Positions 60,439 through 64,000 of a stretch of DNA of 64,000 nucleotides are shown one piece after another. How positions within the stretch are numbered: position 1 is the stretch's first letter; every line of letters begins with the position of its first letter. The notes beneath the pieces were generated by a model. It did no database searches and had not been told where the DNA came from. It worked only from the letters and a program-made list of their open reading frames with translations. The DNA is from Bacillota bacterium (GTDB lineage Bacteria; Bacillota; Clostridia; Tissierellales; MES13). Location of the stretch: contig VEND01000074.1 of the NCBI GenBank assembly GCA_009711765.1, positions 6,835 through 70,834 on the forward strand. The letters are read 5' to 3'. The position numbers and the translations under genes were made by a program.

Positions 60439-61869
60439 TTACTTTTTATCTATAAAAATTTTAGTTAAATACTCATTCTTTTCAATACTAACCATATTTT
60501 CAATAGTTTTTAACTTTATATATCCTTCTCCGTTAATATATTTTATATCTACTTTTTCAAAATTTAAATAAATAAACTGATTTTGATAAGGATTTTTAAC
60601 TAATATCTTACTAGGTATATAAATATCATCTTCTATAATTTTTGATTCGAATATATTATCCTTATAATACACTAGAGGTTCTTTTGTAAGTTCTATATGC
60701 TTATCATAAGTAAATACATTCATAGATAACCCCATCTTATTTTTTAAAGAATTTAAATCTATAAAAGGCTTTCCTTTATATTTTTTAATAACTATAGATT
60801 TATTATCCTTTGTATTTACACTAATTTTATTATTTAATAAATCTACATTTAAATCTAGAGCTTTAACCATAGGAAATAATGAAAATTTTGGTTCATTAGT
60901 TATATCAGCAATCTCTCCTATTAATAATTTATTATTTAATAATAAATATGTAAAGTTTAAATCTATAGTTTGATTTAAATTATCTAACTTAAAACTACCC
61001 TTAAATAAATCTGTTATATCATCTAATAGAATATAACTTTTATTATTAATTATTTTATGAGATAATCTGTATCCATCAAAGATACTATATTGCTCTTTAT
61101 TATATATATTAACACTAAAAAAATTACTTAAAGCCTTTTTATTAATGTAAAATTTATTATTATCCTTTATTATATCATTGCTTACATACCTACCATTAAT
61201 AAAAAATACCCAATTATTAGAAAAAACTACCCTTTGCTTATCAACTAAACTATTTAAAAAATTTATCCTTTCTAAACCTATAGTTGATTCAAGATTTTCC
61301 TTTTTAAGTGAATTATTTATCTTAGATTCAATGTCATTTATTTTTGTGTAGTTATCCCTTTCTACTACAATAATAGAATTCTCTCCAAAAGTATCCCTTT
61401 GAATCTCTATGGGATTATACTCTACAACTACTGGGGTATTTAAATTTACAGTTTTATAAAGTTCTTGAACATCCCTTTCAAACATTCTTATACATCCACC
61501 TGAAGCATATGTTCCTATTGATTTTGGATTACTATTACCATGAATACCATAATGTTCTTTAAAACCTAACCATCTACTTCCTAAGGGATTTAACACACTA
61601 CCTCCAGGAATATTTTTCTTTTTATAATAAGGATCTACTACTTTATTTATTAACCTATACTCTCCTAAAGGAGTTTGACTTACTGCTTTTCCCACCGCTA
61701 CAGGATACTCTTTTACAACTTTTTCATCTTTTATTAAACTTAATTTCCTAAATGGAATATTAACTAATATTTTATCCTTTGTATCATACTCCATTGCTAA
61801 ACATACTTGGTTTATTAAAATTAACACAATTACTAAAACCATAATTACTATTTTCTTTTTCATAAACAT
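60439..61869 (-). CDS. L,D-transpeptidase (YkuD domain) with long C-terminal region
   Basis: Signal peptide, YPVAVGK..TP.G, NPLG.RW, YGIHG...SIG..ASGGCIRM. Confidence 0.9.
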   Translation of the reverse strand: MFMKKKIVIMVLVIVLILINQVCLAMEYDTKDKILVNIPFRKLSLIKDEKVVKEYPVAVGKAVSQTPLGEYRLINKVVDPYYKKKNIPGGSVLNPLGSRWLGFKEHYGIHGNSNPKSIGTYASGGCIRMFERDVQELYKTVNLNTPVVVEYNPIEIQRDTFGENSIIVVERDNYTKINDIESKINNSLKKENLESTIGLERINFLNSLVDKQRVVFSNNWVFFINGRYVSNDIIKDNNKFYINKKALSNFFSVNIYNKEQYSIFDGYRLSHKIINNKSYILLDDITDLFKGSFKLDNLNQTIDLNFTYLLLNNKLLIGEIADITNEPKFSLFPMVKALDLNVDLLNNKISVNTKDNKSIVIKKYKGKPFIDLNSLKNKMGLSMNVFTYDKHIELTKEPLVYYKDNIFESKIIEDDIYIPSKILVKNPYQNQFIYLNFEKVDIKYINGEGYIKLKTIENMVSIEKNEYLTKIFIDKK

Positions 61870-61979
61870 CCTCCCTAATTTAACAAGTCATTTTATATTT
61901 ATTTAAGTAAAAATTACTTTATGCACATGTAACACAATTGTTAAAAAAAGGACTTGCCTTATTAATTTTTTAATAAGAC

Positions 61980-62009
61980 TTGACTAAATATAATATTTTA
62001 TGGTAATAT
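61980..62009 (+). promoter_or_regulatory. Sigma-A promoter of tRNA-Leu(CAA)
   Basis: TTGACT-18 nt-TAATAT with TG extension. Confidence 0.6.
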
Positions 62010-62027
62010 TATATTTGCCTTAAATAA

Positions 62028-62116
62028 GCCGAAGTGGTGGAATTGGCAGACGCGCCGGACTCAAAATCCGGTGAGGTTTACCCCTCGTGTGGGTTCGAGT
62101 CCCACCTTCGGCACCA
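62028..62116 (+). tRNA. tRNA-Leu (anticodon CAA)
   Basis: GCCGAAGTGGTGGAATTGGCAGACGCG-CCGGA-CT-CAA-AA-TCCGG...GGTTCGAGTCCC...CTTCGGCACCA. Confidence 0.96.
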
Positions 62117-62120
62117 ATAG

Positions 62121-62155
62121 AAAAAGATTCCAACTCTTTAGTTGGAATCTTTTTT
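62121..62155. terminator. Bidirectional terminator
   Basis: aaaaagattccaact-cttt-agttggaatcttttt. Confidence 0.85.
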
Positions 62156-62206
62156 ATTATTCTATGACATTTTAAAATTACTATCTTTTTTTATTAAATC
62201 CTATAT

Positions 62207-62989
62207 TTATAATAAATCTTTTATTTTAGTATCCTTTAATTCCTCTAAAATTACATAAAACCATTCTTTTATCTTTTCATGTTTTACTTTTAAATCTTTA
62301 TTATCTTTAATGAAATAAAAATCTTTAAGCTTATATACAATATCCTTTGGCAAATCATAGTATATATACCTAGTATTAAAATTATATCTAAAAGGCTTAT
62401 ATTTAATTCTTAAAACCTCTAATAATGGTTTTAGTGAAAAGTTTTGATAAAAGGATATAGCTTCTATATAATTTTCTCTATTAAGTTCTTTTTCTATTAA
62501 GATTTGATATATTTTAAATAAACTTTCTAAATTTTCGATTCTTGATTCTAACTTTCTAGAAAATTTATCTTTATCTATTGGTTTAATTTTACATACATTC
62601 TTTTTATCAAAATGTATGTATACTTCATTATGTATTTCTTTTTCTAAAAATTTTTCTGAACTGCTATGTTTTAATGCACAAATTTCTATTATTAAAAATC
62701 TACTTACTCCCTTTAGTTTATAAGCCTTTTGATATGCTCCCGGTGACAATGGTTGAGATGATAATAAACTATACTCTATTGGTGCTAACATTTCTAGTTC
62801 TCTGTCTATATATTTAAATACCTCTTTAGTCTTTTCATCTTCTACATTTATCACTATATCAATATCTGACCACATATCTAAGCGATTAAAAGCTGCAGAT
62901 CCACACTCCCACATTCCATAAACAAACTCTAACGGTTGTAATGTATTAAAAATTGTATTTAAAATTTCCTTTCTTTCTAGCCCCTTCAT
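62207..62989 (-). CDS. Pol-beta superfamily nucleotidyltransferase domain protein
   Basis: WECGSAAFNRLDMWSDIDI (GS...DxD) plus helical C-terminal domain; start 62989 after GAGGGGG. Confidence 0.78.
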   Translation of the reverse strand: MKGLERKEILNTIFNTLQPLEFVYGMWECGSAAFNRLDMWSDIDIVINVEDEKTKEVFKYIDRELEMLAPIEYSLLSSQPLSPGAYQKAYKLKGVSRFLIIEICALKHSSSEKFLEKEIHNEVYIHFDKKNVCKIKPIDKDKFSRKLESRIENLESLFKIYQILIEKELNRENYIEAISFYQNFSLKPLLEVLRIKYKPFRYNFNTRYIYYDLPKDIVYKLKDFYFIKDNKDLKVKHEKIKEWFYVILEELKDTKIKDLL

Positions 62990-63434
62990 AAAAATCCCCC
63001 TCATTTCTATTCGGTTTATTATATCTTTTGAAAAATTTACATTCACTATAATATAACTGTCTTTATATCATCACTAAATTATAGTGTTTTCTGGTTTACT
63101 ATTCTCTAGTTATCAATCCTCCTATCCCCAAAAGTATTATTTTCATTCCCCCATTCTATAATTGAAACCCGCTAATAATTTTTGTAATTTTTATAAAATA
63201 TTTACTAATAAAATAAAAAATTTTTTAGCTATAATAAAAGCTTCTATTAGGATTTAAACAATTTTTATAAGTCTCCCCTCGTTAACTATATCTTTAAATA
63301 TCTTATATCCATTTATAGAAAACTTTACTAATGATAAAATCCCCCTTCGTTTTTCATTAGTAGTTGATTTCTAAATCAGGTAGCGTAGCATATTTTGGTA
63401 TCATTCTCATCTTTTAAAATTTTTAACTCCGCAG

Positions 63435-63473
63435 CATATGACTGTTTAGTCATATGACTTTGTAGTCATATGA
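63435..63473. repeat. Tandem palindromic operator-like repeat (16-bp period)
   Basis: CATATGACT-GTTT-AGTCATATGACT-TTGT-AGTCATATGA. Confidence 0.8.
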
Positions 63474-63498
63474 TACCATAGTAATTTTCTAATGTCAA
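63470..63498 (-). promoter_or_regulatory. Sigma-A promoter overlapping the tandem palindromes
   Basis: TTGACA-17 nt-TATCAT with TG extension. Confidence 0.65.
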
Positions 63499-63644
63499 AT
63501 TCTTCTATTACTCCATTTATTAATTGATATATCTTTCTATACTTGGTATGATGTAGTAAATATATTTTTATGAAAAAATGTAATTTTTCTAATATAAAAC
63601 AAGACAAAATATCTTTTATAAAAAAAATAAAAAAGGAGAATAAT

Positions 63645-64000
63645 ATGACACATAAGATTGGAGTTTCTGGTAGTACTATACTCTCAAATCCAGATAAATT
63701 CGAGGATTTATTTTTAGAAAAAACAGATCATATTGAAATCGGAGAATTTCCAGATGAAATAGCAGTTAATCATTTTTTAGACTTATGTAAAGAAAAAAAA
63801 CATTCCTTTGGCATCCATTATATCGTAATGAAAGTAAATATGATTTGCTTGAAAAAGTACAATATGAACCTAAATATGCATGGGAGCAGTTAGAACTTGA
63901 AGCTAAAAAAATGTCTGCTTTAGGAGCAGATTACATACTTGTTCATTTTCCATATTTTAAACACCAAATATCTGGTAATGCTAATAAATTAATTAAAGAA
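63645..64000 (+). pseudogene. Frameshifted sugar-phosphate isomerase/AP-endonuclease-2-like TIM-barrel gene (runs off the window)
   Basis: AAGGAG-ATG at 63645: MTHKIGVSGSTI...HIEIGEF...SFGIH; the -1 frame from about 63815 continues PLYRNESKYDLLEKV...LGADYILVHFPYF and stays open to the window end. Confidence 0.7.

Noticed and set aside
61895..61925. Sporulation-sigma promoter upstream of the L,D-transpeptidase (GCATA...AATAAAT)
   Set aside because: The -10 element is too degenerate to call in AT-rich DNA.
63435..63473. CRISPR-like repeat
   Set aside because: Only about 2.5 units of 16 bp, no spacers and no cas genes; it fits an operator better.
62117..64000. Prophage or ICE integrated at tRNA-Leu(CAA)
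   Set aside because: No integrase or tRNA 3' duplication within the window.

Overview
A strongly AT-rich chromosomal window from a spore-forming, anaerobic Firmicute (Clostridia/Tissierellia-like, inferred from gene content and order). It is almost entirely minus-strand core genome. It contains the complete selenocysteine machinery (selD with an in-frame UGA and SECIS hairpin that the ORF track missed, selA, selB, tRNA-Sec), a response regulator/kinase/GerMN-lipoprotein trio, and the rplU-prp-rpmA-spo0B-like-obgE-yhbY-nadD-yqeK-rsfS block. It also holds rng with the TIGR03960/TIGR03936 radical-SAM pair, spoIVFAB, mgsA, maf-radC-mreBCD-mrdA-minCDE, a full rnfCDGEAB operon with NusG-II/Gx-transporter genes, dinB, a diguanylate cyclase, polA-coaE-slt-pncB, an ECF sigma/anti-sigma pair and two tRNA-Leu genes. 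Both window ends, each 3' of a tRNA, are decaying accessory zones: a nonsense-mutated ridA, an internally deleted IS remnant, gene fragments and a frameshifted TIM-barrel gene. The best candidates for undescribed biology are (1) a six-gene sensory [FeFe]-hydrogenase-like signalling cassette with no catalytic hydrogenase next to it, sitting directly upstream of rnf, (2) a membrane-anchored Spo0B-like protein, (3) a GGDEF enzyme with a four-cysteine insert, and (4) an MtrAB-LpqB-like three-gene system. No CRISPR array, prophage or intact mobile element was seen. All family assignments are from motif recognition by eye, not database searches.
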